A DNA stretch of 59,585 nucleotides, filler included. It is 9 parts of 9 records of this genome, joined end to end, with 100 filler letters (N's around TTAATTAATTAA, not from the genome) between each part and the next. Parts side by side here need not be neighbours in the genome. Positions count along the whole stretch, not along the records: positions 1 to 5,271 come from SRR31147125_70710; positions 5,372 to 10,515 come from SRR31147125_70798; 7 more parts are not named here. One strand, written 5' to 3'. The translations under genes and the position numbers were made by a program. Positions 1-10,200 of this stretch are shown here, piece by piece (positions within the stretch are counted from its first letter, which is position 1; each line of letters opens with the position of its first letter). The notes under the pieces are model-generated. The model saw nothing but the letters and a program-made list of their open reading frames with translations. It was not told the DNA's origin and ran no database searches.

Positions 1-231
1 GGGGCTCGTCGATACCGAGAGCGGCAGCGCGATTGTCGGTCGTTTTCGAAGAGGGTGTTTACGATCGCGTTTACATCGTTTTGGACTGGTATGTGGGCGA
101 TTGGCGCAGGTATTGCGTTTGTAACGGGGAATACCGCGATCGGTGTGATTCTTACGCTGTCGGGTGCGCTGTTTGGGCGCATCGCGTTTGGGCACAAGAT
201 GAGCACAAAGAGATGTTTATTAATTTTTTAA
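1..231 (+). CDS. Partial (5'-truncated) small membrane protein
   Basis: Frame +1 is open from the contig start to TAA at 229-231 and encodes two hydrophobic stretches (VFTIAFTSFWTGMWAIGAGIAFV, AIGVILTLSGALFG). More gene-like than the listed 33..254 ORF. Confidence 0.35.
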   Translation, partial: GARRYRERQRDCRSFSKRVFTIAFTSFWTGMWAIGAGIAFVTGNTAIGVILTLSGALFGRIAFGHKMSTKRCLLIF

Positions 232-246
232 AGGATATATCGAAGG

Positions 247-1188
247 ATGAATAAGAATAATCGTTATAAAACAAAATGGTTCATCTATCTAGCTTGTGTT
301 TTGTTGCTGCTGACTACAGCGGGATGTACTTCGGCGTCTGCGGCGGATGTGGAAGAGACGGAAGTGAGCGCGGTGGAAACACCTGCGGAAAAAGCAACGC
401 CGAGGCCGTCACCCAGCCCGACACCCGATTCGGCAGAGAAAGCCGTGGGGGTACAGCATGACGCGATAGAGCTGACCGTTGCGGCGGGGGCGGAATTGAT
501 CGAGATGGTGCAGACGATGGCGAATGTATTCATGCAGTACGAATACGGGGCAAAAATTACTGTTGTTGCTGCGGAATCAGGCGAGGATACGGACGCGGAT
601 ATTGATGTAATGCTATGCGTTGCAGATAACGAGGACGAGATCATAAACGGCAGGTACAAAGAGTTGCTTTGCGTGGGGGGGATTGCGGTGATTGTCAACA
701 CACAAAGCGAGGTAGAAGACTTGACGATTGAGCAGGTGCGCAGCCTGTATACGAGCGAAGTCACAGACTGGGCGCAGCTTGGCGCGCAGGCCGGGGCAAT
801 CAACTGCTATACGCTTGATTCGGAAAGTTATTTGCACAAAGGTTTTGAGCGCGTCATCGGCGTGACACTGGAAGGGGAATCGAGCGAGATATACCGCACA
901 TCCGGCTATGATCCGTGCCTGCTCGGGGTGTCTTTTGATGCACAGGGCGTGGGGTATACGCAGCCCGAGCGAGTACAGTATTATGAAGACGTTAAGGCGG
1001 TTTGCATCAACGGCATTGCACCCACGGAAGACAATGTTCGCAGCGGCGAGTATGCGCTGAGCAACAGTGTGTATATACTGACGGATGGTGAGCCGGAAGG
1101 CGACGCGGCAGCCTTTATTGACTTTTGCCTAAACGATACGGCGGCGCACATTATTATCGAAAACCAAGCGTTCATATTGCCCGAATAA
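247..1188 (+). CDS. PstS-like (PBP superfamily) substrate-binding lipoprotein, divergent
   Basis: Signal peptide with lipobox TAGC, Pro/Thr linker, PstS-type segments GGIAVIVN, DLTIEQVRSLY..W, INGIAPTEDNVRSGEYAL, AAAFIDF. Confidence 0.75.
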   Translation: MNKNNRYKTKWFIYLACVLLLLTTAGCTSASAADVEETEVSAVETPAEKATPRPSPSPTPDSAEKAVGVQHDAIELTVAAGAELIEMVQTMANVFMQYEYGAKITVVAAESGEDTDADIDVMLCVADNEDEIINGRYKELLCVGGIAVIVNTQSEVEDLTIEQVRSLYTSEVTDWAQLGAQAGAINCYTLDSESYLHKGFERVIGVTLEGESSEIYRTSGYDPCLLGVSFDAQGVGYTQPERVQYYEDVKAVCINGIAPTEDNVRSGEYALSNSVYILTDGEPEGDAAAFIDFCLNDTAAHIIIENQAFILPE

Positions 1189-1315
1189 GTAGTATTATGA
1201 AAGGTAAAGCGTCAGCTCGAAAGCGTTGATGCTTTTTTGATATTCTGTTATACATAAATATGGGATGATGTCCAAAACGAGAATGATGACAGATGAATGG
1301 AAAAGGAGCGTCCTT

Positions 1316-1453
1316 ATGAGAAGAAAAATACTATTTGCCGTACTGGATGATATAATGCTGCTAATTGCGGGCTGTGCGGCGCAGATGTTGCAAAACACAT
1401 CTGAATTAACACAAACATCAACACTGATAATAACCGATACATCAACGCCATAG
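1316..1453 (+). pseudogene. Truncated/degenerate lipoprotein gene remnant
   Basis: RBS AAGGAG then MRRKILFAVLDDIMLLIAGC: lipobox IAGC, but the hydrophobic core is broken by DD and the frame stops after 45 codons. Confidence 0.35.
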
Positions 1454-1755
1454 AGAGTTTGAACAGCGGATACCGCCGATTGAACCGTTAGAGGAGCGTT
1501 TTCCACTGCTTAAAGCTCTTTATCTGGCGACGTTTGAGGTTGCTAAAAAGTCGACACGAACTCTTAGAAACTAGAGTTCCGTCAACGTCGAAAGGGAGCT
1601 ATTCGAGCTATCGGTTTTCCCGCACGGCTGACCAGTTTAGCATTTGCTTTAATCCGGTCAAGGCAAGCCTGCCTTCGGGCAGGTGGCTAACATTTTGCCT
1701 CTGGATCAAAGAACTAAACCGACATTTCGTCATCGTTACAGAGGGACGTTTACAT

Positions 1756-1784
1756 AAAAAACTTCACACCGCCCTTATGTGAGT
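1756..1784 (-). terminator. Intrinsic terminator after cheX
   Basis: Minus strand reads ACTCACAT-loop-GTGTGAAGT followed by a T tract, immediately after the cheX stop. Confidence 0.5.
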
Positions 1785-2239
1785 TACACCGCTTGTTCAA
1801 GCGAAACATCAAGTCCCACTTTACCGTGGTTGTTGATTTCTATTTTGATGCTGCACAGGTTTTTTAGATGTGACTGATCCAGCTCGGGGACGATCACGGG
1901 AGGCCGTATGTCAATGACTTTGTTGTCTGCCCCGATGTCGGTGCACGCATTGCCGATAACCATATTACATAGTTCGCTGACCGCGCTTCTTACAACCTCG
2001 TTTGCGCCTTCCAAATCTATGCCGCCGAGCATATTAGAAGCCAGCATCTTGCCTGCTTTGGCGCTCATCGACATGTATACGTGACCGTCCACGTCACCTT
2101 CCATACCGATCATGACCATGATGTCCTGTGGTAGCGAGTGCTCATTGTTGATATCCGTTCCCAAGACCTGTTCGGTTGAAAAAGTCTCTAGCACCGTTTG
2201 AAATGCCTTTGCGATGATTTTTGCATATCTTTTTTCCAT
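1784..2239 (-). CDS. cheX: CheX-family CheY-P phosphatase
   Basis: VMIGMEGDVDGHVYMSM and catalytic ExxN motif (SAVSELCNMVIGNA), then IDIRPPVI. Confidence 0.85.
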   Translation of the reverse strand: MEKRYAKIIAKAFQTVLETFSTEQVLGTDINNEHSLPQDIMVMIGMEGDVDGHVYMSMSAKAGKMLASNMLGGIDLEGANEVVRSAVSELCNMVIGNACTDIGADNKVIDIRPPVIVPELDQSHLKNLCSIKIEINNHGKVGLDVSLEQAV

Positions 2240-2271
2240 AAGTCATGTTCTCCTATCTGATTTCCGGGGTG

Positions 2272-4245
2272 TTATAACGGGAACGTAACGGTAAACGTCG
2301 TTCCCTGCCCTTGTGTTGTCAAAAGCGATACATTGCCGTTGATCTTCTGGGCGGCGTCGCGGAATGCCGCCATACCGACTCCTCTGCCGGATAGCGACGT
2401 TGCGCTGTCTTTGGTTGATATGTTGTCAGAGAAAATAATATCCGCAATCTGCTGATTTGTCATGCGCTCTACTTCGTCTGTCGGGTAAAGTCCGTCTTGG
2501 AGTGCCTTTTTTCGTAGTTTTGAAATATTGATACCGCAGCCGTCGTCGCTGATAGATAGCGAGAAGGTGTCTTCATGACGCTTGGTTTCGCATGTAATCA
2601 CACCGCGCTGCGCTTTTCCGGCTTTGAGGCGCTCTTCGTCCGACTCGATGCCATGATCCATGATATTGCGGTAAATGTGTATGAGAGATTTGATAAATGC
2701 ACGGTACTTGTCCGGGTCCACTTCAATTGTATCGCCATCAACGATGTAAACCGGCATGGCTTTCATTAGTTTGTCAGCAAGGTACTGCACGTAGTCACGG
2801 TATTGATTGAGATAATCGTGCAGGCTCTTGCGTTTTAGGCCGACAATGTAAGTGACTGCTTCTTGTGCGCTGAGAGTGTTGCCACCGCGCGTAATTGCTT
2901 CGAGCGCTTTATCAAGCTTGTGCCTAGGTACGTTGATGATCTCGCTGCCGCCAAAGTACGATTCACCGAGCACGCTTTCAATCTGGCCAAGATCTTCGCT
3001 TAGCACTTCGGCAGGGTTTAGCGCTTGCATGACCATTTCGACCTCAGCCATCAGTACATCGTCGTCACGCTGTACCAGCGTGGACAGTTGGTCTTCAAAT
3101 GCGTGCAATGTCTCAGGAGCATGAACAAAACCGTATTGTGCAAAATCACCCTTAAATGTGTGCACCTCGCGGAACAGTACGTTTAGGCTGTCGCTAAACG
3201 GGCGCGTATCTGAAAAGTAAGCGTGGTAGCCGCCGGTAAAAAGCTCTTTGAATTCGTCGATCATTTGTTTAATCTGCGCTTGACAACTGATTGCCTTGAG
3301 AATCATGCGCTGGCGAATCCGGTCGCGTTCCATCGCCTGTTCCAGCTCTATTTTTTCAGTGACGTCGTTGATTACTGCCATAACCGCCTTTTTACCGTCG
3401 TTTTCAATTCGGCGGTAGCTGAGGTTGATGTGTTTGCTGCCAATTACGCAATCGGTGGGCAGCAGCATGAGGTATACGTTGTCTGTTACCGCAGAGTTGT
3501 TGGCAAAATAGCTGTCGAACGCGGCGCGGAAAACACTGATACGGTCAGCTTCAAAATAGTCCGTAATCAAGTCGATAAAATTTTTACCGCCTATCCCGCC
3601 CGAGAATATCTCGATGCATTTATAACTGTATTCGCTTTTTATAGTAAGGTCTTGTTCGAAGAAGAGGAAGCCCTGATCAGCGTTGTCGAGCAGGTTTCGG
3701 ATCGACGACGATTTGTACTCAAGGTCTTTGACGAGCATCATTTCTTTTTCGTTTGCGGCGATGAGCTCGCGTTGCTGTTCTTTTAAAACGTTGATTTGCG
3801 CCGCGTTGCGATTGGCGAGATCGACGAGGAACAAACGAATACTGATTACGCCGATGTACCTTCCGTTTTTACTGACAATGATATAGTCGTAAACCTTGTT
3901 TTGATGACGGTTCATGGCGCGTATACCAATCTGCGAGATGTTTTCACCCACGTCTATGGTCATCATGCCGGTATCCATAATAAGGTCGATCGGGCGTTTC
4001 ATAAACAATGAGTGCCCGTGGATTGTGCCGATCTTTTGAAAGAATGCCGTGCGCATGATGAGCCCGACAGGACGGTCGCCGTCGATTACAACGATGCCTT
4101 CAAGCCCTTCGGTATCTTCAAACCTTTTTTTTACGGCTTGCCCGAGTACGCTTGGCGAAATTGTCGGGACCTCAATCACGAACTGCTCAATACTGCCTTC
4201 TGCGTCGAACTTGGCCTGTGCAGAAGGGAAATCGTGTGCTTTCAT
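2272..4245 (-). CDS. CheA-like histidine kinase: CBS-pair-like sensor, coiled coil, PAS-like region, HPt, HATPase; no CheW-like (P5) domain
   Basis: CBS-like PVGLIMR..F..K and IIVSKNGRYIGVISIR; LLDNADQGFL; HPt FREVHTFKG; CheA-type boxes LIHIYRNIMDHGIE, SDDGCGIN, LSGRGVGM; the protein ends at GQGTTFTVTFPL. Confidence 0.85.
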   Translation of the reverse strand: MKAHDFPSAQAKFDAEGSIEQFVIEVPTISPSVLGQAVKKRFEDTEGLEGIVVIDGDRPVGLIMRTAFFQKIGTIHGHSLFMKRPIDLIMDTGMMTIDVGENISQIGIRAMNRHQNKVYDYIIVSKNGRYIGVISIRLFLVDLANRNAAQINVLKEQQRELIAANEKEMMLVKDLEYKSSSIRNLLDNADQGFLFFEQDLTIKSEYSYKCIEIFSGGIGGKNFIDLITDYFEADRISVFRAAFDSYFANNSAVTDNVYLMLLPTDCVIGSKHINLSYRRIENDGKKAVMAVINDVTEKIELEQAMERDRIRQRMILKAISCQAQIKQMIDEFKELFTGGYHAYFSDTRPFSDSLNVLFREVHTFKGDFAQYGFVHAPETLHAFEDQLSTLVQRDDDVLMAEVEMVMQALNPAEVLSEDLGQIESVLGESYFGGSEIINVPRHKLDKALEAITRGGNTLSAQEAVTYIVGLKRKSLHDYLNQYRDYVQYLADKLMKAMPVYIVDGDTIEVDPDKYRAFIKSLIHIYRNIMDHGIESDEERLKAGKAQRGVITCETKRHEDTFSLSISDDGCGINISKLRKKALQDGLYPTDEVERMTNQQIADIIFSDNISTKDSATSLSGRGVGMAAFRDAAQKINGNVSLLTTQGQGTTFTVTFPL

Positions 4246-4255
4246 AATTTCTCCT

Positions 4256-4624
4256 TTATACCATGCAGCCGAGAACGCTGTCGACCTTACTCAGAACGTC
4301 TGCCTCCTGAAACGGCTTTACGATGTATTGCTTTGCTCCGTTGTTCAGAGCTTCTATGATTTTGAGTTCCTGCCCAAGCGCGGAAATCATGATGACGTTG
4401 GCATCTGAATCGAAAGAGCAGATTTGCTTTAACGCAGATATTCCGTCGAGCACCGGCATGGTGATATCAAGCGTAACGACGTCCGGCCGATGTGTTATAT
4501 ATTTGTCGACTGCTTCTTGCCCGTTTGCCGCTTCTGCGACAACTTCGAATCCGTTCGTTGTGAATAGTTTTTTTAGCGACATCCGAATGATAAGTGAATC
4601 ATCAACGATCATTATTTTTCTCAT
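4256..4624 (-). CDS. cheY: Single-domain CheY-like response regulator
   Basis: GGAGG RBS then ATG at 4624 (MRKIMIVDDS); TLDITMP phospho-acceptor, ISA, KPF. The ORF-track start at 4714 is too far upstream. Confidence 0.85.
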   Translation of the reverse strand: MRKIMIVDDSLIIRMSLKKLFTTNGFEVVAEAANGQEAVDKYITHRPDVVTLDITMPVLDGISALKQICSFDSDANVIMISALGQELKIIEALNNGAKQYIVKPFQEADVLSKVDSVLGCMV

Positions 4625-4792
4625 AAAGTAATACCTCCGCTTTTTATATAAACAGATACATATTACGGTAACGTTAAATATTCGTAAGGAAAAATGAAAT
4701 CGAGGATAAATCATAGAATATGCGGTTTTTAAGGAACAAGTTTTTATTATGCACCGTCTAAAGAGATAAACAAAATATATGGAGGGGAAACG

Positions 4793-5122
4793 GTGAACAA
4801 GACTAGAAAGAGTAAGATTTTTAGTATAATAATCGGTTTAGCGCTTGCGCTGTGCTTGATGCTGACAATGATGCCTATGGCGAAAGCTGACTCACCACCT
4901 ACGGCAGAGACGGACGAGAACGTACAGTCGGGTGAAAAAAACACGCCGTCGGGCATCGATGAGGCTATCAAAGACGCGGCAGATGTCGAGGTGTCGGAAG
5001 AGACGGAATCTGTAAAGCTCCCTGGTTGGCTGATTGTAATTTTAGTTATTATTGGGTCGGTTTTTTTGATCTTGATTGCCGTGGGGATTGCGGCTGGAAA
5101 GAGAAGAGAGCCAGAGTATTAG
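4793..5122 (+). CDS. Small exported acidic protein with C-terminal membrane anchor
   Basis: GGAGGGG RBS, signal peptide (..AKA|D), acidic middle, hydrophobic C-terminal helix then KRR. Confidence 0.6.
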   Translation: MNKTRKSKIFSIIIGLALALCLMLTMMPMAKADSPPTAETDENVQSGEKNTPSGIDEAIKDAADVEVSEETESVKLPGWLIVILVIIGSVFLILIAVGIAAGKRREPEY

Positions 5123-5271
5123 GCTCGTCAACGGAGTTAATAAAGGCTTATGTTAAAAGAGTGATGTGGTTGAACTCTTTTTTAGTGAATTAAATATATG
5201 ATCAAAACGATACATTTCTTTTGTGAATTGATGAAAGACCAATCGTAGCGAGGGTCTAGTTGAAGCGAAAA

Positions 5272-5371
5272 NNNNNNNNNNNNNNNNNNNNNNNNNNNNN
5301 NNNNNNNNNNNNNNNTTAATTAATTAANNNNNNNNNNNNNNNNNNNNNNNNNNNNNNNNNNNNNNNNNNNN
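5272..5371. other. Artificial contig spacer (N44-TTAATTAATTAA-N44)
   Basis: N runs around a six-frame stop linker. Confidence 0.98.
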
Positions 5372-5857
5372 AAAAGCCGCCTGATGGCCAATGTCGCCGG
5401 CTACGTGGCCATGCAGAACCCACGATTGACCGGTGAGTCCCGATATCCCTATTCACAGCCCGGCCGCAACGTATACGTCCAAGCGCGCAATGGTGACATC
5501 CAAGCAACGCTTGCAGAATTCAAGGATCGATATGCCATCATCGCCTTCCATCAAGCAGGATGCGGATATTGCACGGCGCAAGAGGAGATCCTGTCTCACT
5601 TCGAGCATCTGAACGGCTGGACCGTGCGGAGGATCGATATCACCCAAAACCCGGGATTGGCAGCCAGATTTAATGTCGAGATCACACCGACATTGCTTTT
5701 GGTGTCTCGCAGCACCCAGAAATCGAGAATCCTCTCTTCGGGGGTACTCTCATTGGATCAGCTCACCACGCGCGTTTACCAGCTGATTCGTCTGATTGAG
5801 GGCCGCGCCGATCCAACTAACTTTTATCCCATGGCCTTTCACGAAGTCAAAAAATAG
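5372..5857 (+). CDS. traF: Conjugal transfer protein TraF (thioredoxin-like), 5'-truncated
   Basis: FHQAGCGYC motif, VEITPTLLLV; directly upstream of traH-traG; frame open to the contig edge. Confidence 0.75.
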   Translation, partial: KSRLMANVAGYVAMQNPRLTGESRYPYSQPGRNVYVQARNGDIQATLAEFKDRYAIIAFHQAGCGYCTAQEEILSHFEHLNGWTVRRIDITQNPGLAARFNVEITPTLLLVSRSTQKSRILSSGVLSLDQLTTRVYQLIRLIEGRADPTNFYPMAFHEVKK

Positions 5858-5870
5858 CCGGGAGATACCC

Positions 5871-7286
5871 ATGCTTAAACACTTACTGATCAGCATCATC
5901 CTTGTTCTGACGACATCCGGCGCCAGCTTTGCCGATGATTGGATCGACAACTGGATTCAACAGGCCACCGCCAACGGTCCCAACATGTTCGAAAGCCAGA
6001 AGCGGGGCTACGCTTCGGCCGGGAGCCTGTCCCTTCGCTTTAAGAACGAAAATGACTACCTGGTCAGTTTCGCACCGCCCCGCTTTCGGGCCGGCTGTGG
6101 TGGCATCGACATGTTCCTGGGTAGTTTCTCCTACCTGGATGAGGAATATCTGATGGAAAAACTGGAACGTATTGTAGAAGGTGGCGTGGCAACCTTTGTT
6201 TACGATATCGCCATGTCGGTGCTATCCGAGCCCATCCAGAAATCCATGAAATCGTTGGAAGCACTGGTGGATCGGCTCAATCAATTGCAGCTCGACGACT
6301 GCCAGGCCGCCAAGGGGGTGTCGGCCTATCTGAAGAGCACCACGTCGGGAGAGGATCAATCCGAAGCGCTTCAGAAATTCCTGATCGAGAGCGGTATCAA
6401 CGACTTTTATCAGGGCGCGCAGGACGATTACAACAACTCAAACACCGAACAGGTCATGCAGACTGCCGGGGTAACCGTAAGCGACATGACCGCAGGTTGT
6501 CCCGAAGAAATGCGGCGGGTATTTTTCAAAGACGGGTCGCTGCTCGCCAACGTTGCCGTGGAAAACAATATTCCCGAATCCCATACCCGGATCATGTCGG
6601 CGATCACAGGGGATGTACTGATCGACAGTAGTCGCTATTTCATGATTGGTCCATGCTACAACGATCCCGGGGACGTTGATGCGCTGGTCTATGGGGATCT
6701 GATCACCCGGGATGCAAGCGGCGCTTGCAGGCAGCTGGATCACATTCGTATCGACGGCATGAACTATGACTCATTATACGATTGGGCCTATGCCATGATA
6801 CAAGAGGTCATCACGGCCATCGGTACGAAAGCGGATCTGTCCCCGGCGGCACAAGCATTCATCGAAAGCATGCCTTCACCGGTATATATGCTTGTATTAA
6901 ATGACATCAAGGCTGTCGGAGATTTGAATAACGTGGAAGAGATCTCCGGCCGTCTCGCCTACATAGGCGCCCTCTCCTACGCCTACCAAATGAGCAAATC
7001 GCTTTTGTTCAACACCTACAAACTCTATCACGATGCCATGCGCATCGCACGCAATCAAATGGGACCGGATGCCGGGGGCAGATGCGTGCAGCAGCTTGTG
7101 GAACAACCGGCCGGTTATATCGAAACCATACTGGGCCGTCTGGACAGCATGTACGGTTATCTCGAACAAGCCTATGCAGCTTCCCTGCAGCGGATCACCA
7201 ACGATCTGCAGCGGGAACGGTTGATCCAGGATAGAGGTGATCGTCTGAATCGTACTTCTTTCGACCAAACGGGAATCCGTAAATGA
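5871..7286 (+). CDS. traH: Conjugal transfer pilus assembly protein TraH
   Basis: GGAG RBS and ATG at 5871, signal peptide, QKRGYASAGSL, PPRFRAGCGGIDMFLGSFSY (TraH signature), coiled-coil C-terminus. Confidence 0.9.
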   Translation: MLKHLLISIILVLTTSGASFADDWIDNWIQQATANGPNMFESQKRGYASAGSLSLRFKNENDYLVSFAPPRFRAGCGGIDMFLGSFSYLDEEYLMEKLERIVEGGVATFVYDIAMSVLSEPIQKSMKSLEALVDRLNQLQLDDCQAAKGVSAYLKSTTSGEDQSEALQKFLIESGINDFYQGAQDDYNNSNTEQVMQTAGVTVSDMTAGCPEEMRRVFFKDGSLLANVAVENNIPESHTRIMSAITGDVLIDSSRYFMIGPCYNDPGDVDALVYGDLITRDASGACRQLDHIRIDGMNYDSLYDWAYAMIQEVITAIGTKADLSPAAQAFIESMPSPVYMLVLNDIKAVGDLNNVEEISGRLAYIGALSYAYQMSKSLLFNTYKLYHDAMRIARNQMGPDAGGRCVQQLVEQPAGYIETILGRLDSMYGYLEQAYAASLQRITNDLQRERLIQDRGDRLNRTSFDQTGIRK

Positions 7287-10200
7287 AACGACTTTGCAAA
7301 ATACTCCCCCTGCTGAGTTTGCTTGTGCCGGTTTATGCGTTTGCAGATATTCCGGATACGTTCAGGGAGTATGTCACCTACGGGGGATTCCACTGCATTC
7401 ATAACGCCTTGAGCCGGATCGCCTTGAGTTTCTCGGACAATTCTTATGAGGGGCTTTTCGTTGCCTTCATGGTGGTGGCCATCACCTTCTGGTTGGGCTG
7501 GGGTGCCATCGGCTATTTTCGAAATGGCAGCGCACTGGGTTTCATCTACATGGCGTTTACCATTCTAACCGGGGCCATCGTCTATATCGCCTTGATCCGC
7601 CCCACGACATCCATGGTTGTTTATGACGAACTCTTGAATGTTCATCAGGAAGTGGCCGATGTCCCCGAGGGTGTGGTGCTTTTAGCCGGCATGCAAAACA
7701 GCTTTACCCGTACGATGACCGACATCATATGGACATCCGCCAATCCGGAAGTGTACGGCTACCGGGAAAACGCCAACGGGGACGTCTACAATATCGTTCG
7801 CCAGGTCTATAATGGAGAGATCGATATCTCTACCCAAAATGGAAACGGGCGCTACATCAATGCATCCTTGCGGCGTTATTGTGAGGATTGCGTAGCGTTT
7901 GAGATCCTGCGCCCGCAAAGCGATCTGAATGTCAACATGTTCGCCACCAGTTCGGATCTGACCGAGCTTCTGGAGGCGGCCCGCAGCCCTTCTGTATTCA
8001 CGGTGTATTTCAACAGTGCCAGTCCCACCGGTACGACCATGAGCTGTGCCGACGCCTACGATCGAATTGTCGGCGACTTGAACGCCATCACCGACATCTC
8101 GGATGAGAACATGACTTTCTGGCAAACCAAATGCGCGGAGGCCGGCTACCACAACAGCACGGGAATGATTGGTGAGAACCAGATCGAGCGCTGCATGCAG
8201 CGCACCACGCAATTTTTATCCTACATCACCCAGGGCAATGTGGCCCCGTCGGAAGTTACCCGCAACATTCTGATTGCCCGTGAACTCTGGAACGCGGCCC
8301 TGAATGCCGATATCGCCGCTCTCGGTGATTACAAGATCGGCACGGCCCTTTCAGGTGAAGCCATTTCCACGGATCGATGGTTGCCGCTGATCAAGGAGGT
8401 AATGACTGCTATATATTTAGGTCTGGTTCCCTTTCTGGTCATTTTATTGCCGACACCACTTATCGGCCGGGTCGGTGGTCTCATTATCGGCTTTTTCTGT
8501 TTCCTGACAGCCTGGGAAGTCTGTGACGCCCTGGTCCACAGTTATGCCATGGATCATACCATCAACTTTTTCGATGAAATTCGTCGCAACGGACTGAGTT
8601 TCAAATCCATTGCCATGATGGAGAACCATAGCCACCGATCCATGCTGATGTTCGGCAAGACCCGTGCCGCGACCATGATCCTGGCCGGCGTGATTTCTGG
8701 GGTGATCGCCAAGTTCGGTGGTGCTGCCCTGGCCCACTTTGCCAATACCATGAACTTCGGTCATTTGGGCCATGAGGCGGCAACCCAGATATACAATCCC
8801 AACGCGCAGGCAAGTGCCCTGGAGTCCTATGCCAAGTCGCCTGTTCCGATTGAGACACACCGCAACCAAGGCTATCATGAGATGGTTCGCCTTTCCAATC
8901 TCGCTTACGCCGGGAATATAACGGGAAATGAAATTATAATTGACGACAGTGACGGTTCGTTTACGGCCGCAGCCACCCATAAGGGCAGAGAAACCACCAA
9001 CCGCACGCTCGATGGGTCCGCCAGGTATTCTGCCGTGAATAAGCAGTCCGGGATCAGAGACATGAACGCCCAGGATGCCCGCGAACTGATGCAGGAGAGC
9101 CAGGTGGCAGGAAGCTTGGCGTCAGCAGTGACGGCCGAAAGTCTCGGGATGGAACAGCACTACAATCGGACCAGCACGGAAATGATCAGGAACGATGCTT
9201 CCTTGAAAGCCTTGGGAAAAGATGGTGATCTAAGTGAAAGGCAGTCCCAGGTGGGAACTATTCAGGGAACGCAACAGCACGGAACCTTGGACGCCAACCG
9301 CGCTGTCGGCACTCAGGGTGTATATCAGGCGGCCCATACTGACACAGCCCGCCACAGCGCCCACTCCATCGTGGCAAACATTGCGGCAACGGATATTCTC
9401 CAGAATGGAGCCGTCAGCCCGGAAAACCGTGATCTTCTCAATCGATTGAATGAAAATCCGGATGTAAAGGGCCATCTTCAGACTGCCACTCACATGGATG
9501 TTTCTCCAAACGCAGATGAAGCCGCCGCTTTGGCAACCTATTTTGGTTCTCACGGCAATCATTTTACACCAGGTATGCTCGAGGGTTCCCAGGTGAGTTT
9601 TAAGATGGCCTATGATCCGCAAAGCGGCGACATTGTTCCATCCAATATCAACGTATCGACCGGTGCGGGCTTCCACAATTTCGGTCAATACTTCGAGCGG
9701 CCCATTACGCCCACCAGCCCTTATGCCCTGACCAATCCGTCATCGGGGGATACCGTGACGATTACATCGGGACGCGTTTATGGCCAATCCGGCGTTTATC
9801 AGCAAGCCGAAGGATTTATGGCCGACGGTACACCCGTCAGTTTGGGATCTTCCGATGGACACGTTTTGGATCGTATGTCCCTGGGTGAGCGATTCAACGG
9901 TTTTGGGACTCCTTATGTACTGTCTCGCCTGAGCCAGGGCATCGACTCGATGATCCGGGGGATCGACCTTACGGAAGTTTCACAACGTGCTGAAGTGATA
10001 CCTCAAATTGCAAAGGCAGTCTCTTCCAATTTTGTATCTGCAAATCAGAATTATCTTGACCAAGTCACCTCGTCTTTGGGCGGTTCTCTTAGTGCTGGGA
10101 TAAGTAAGGGACTTGGTGCCTCCGGCAATACTGGTGTATCCTTTTCTAAACGAGACCTAAGTGAACTGTCTCAAAACGTGATTACCCAACGTCTTATGGA

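Noticed and set aside
33..254. Listed 73-aa ORF
   Set aside because: TTG start without an RBS and atypical composition; frame +1 (1..231) gives a more plausible membrane-protein end.
1600..1632. Group II intron domain V-like AGCCGTGCGGGAAAACCG on the minus strand
   Set aside because: The complementary 3' arm (GCACGTACGGTTC-type) and domain VI are missing, and there is no RT ORF.
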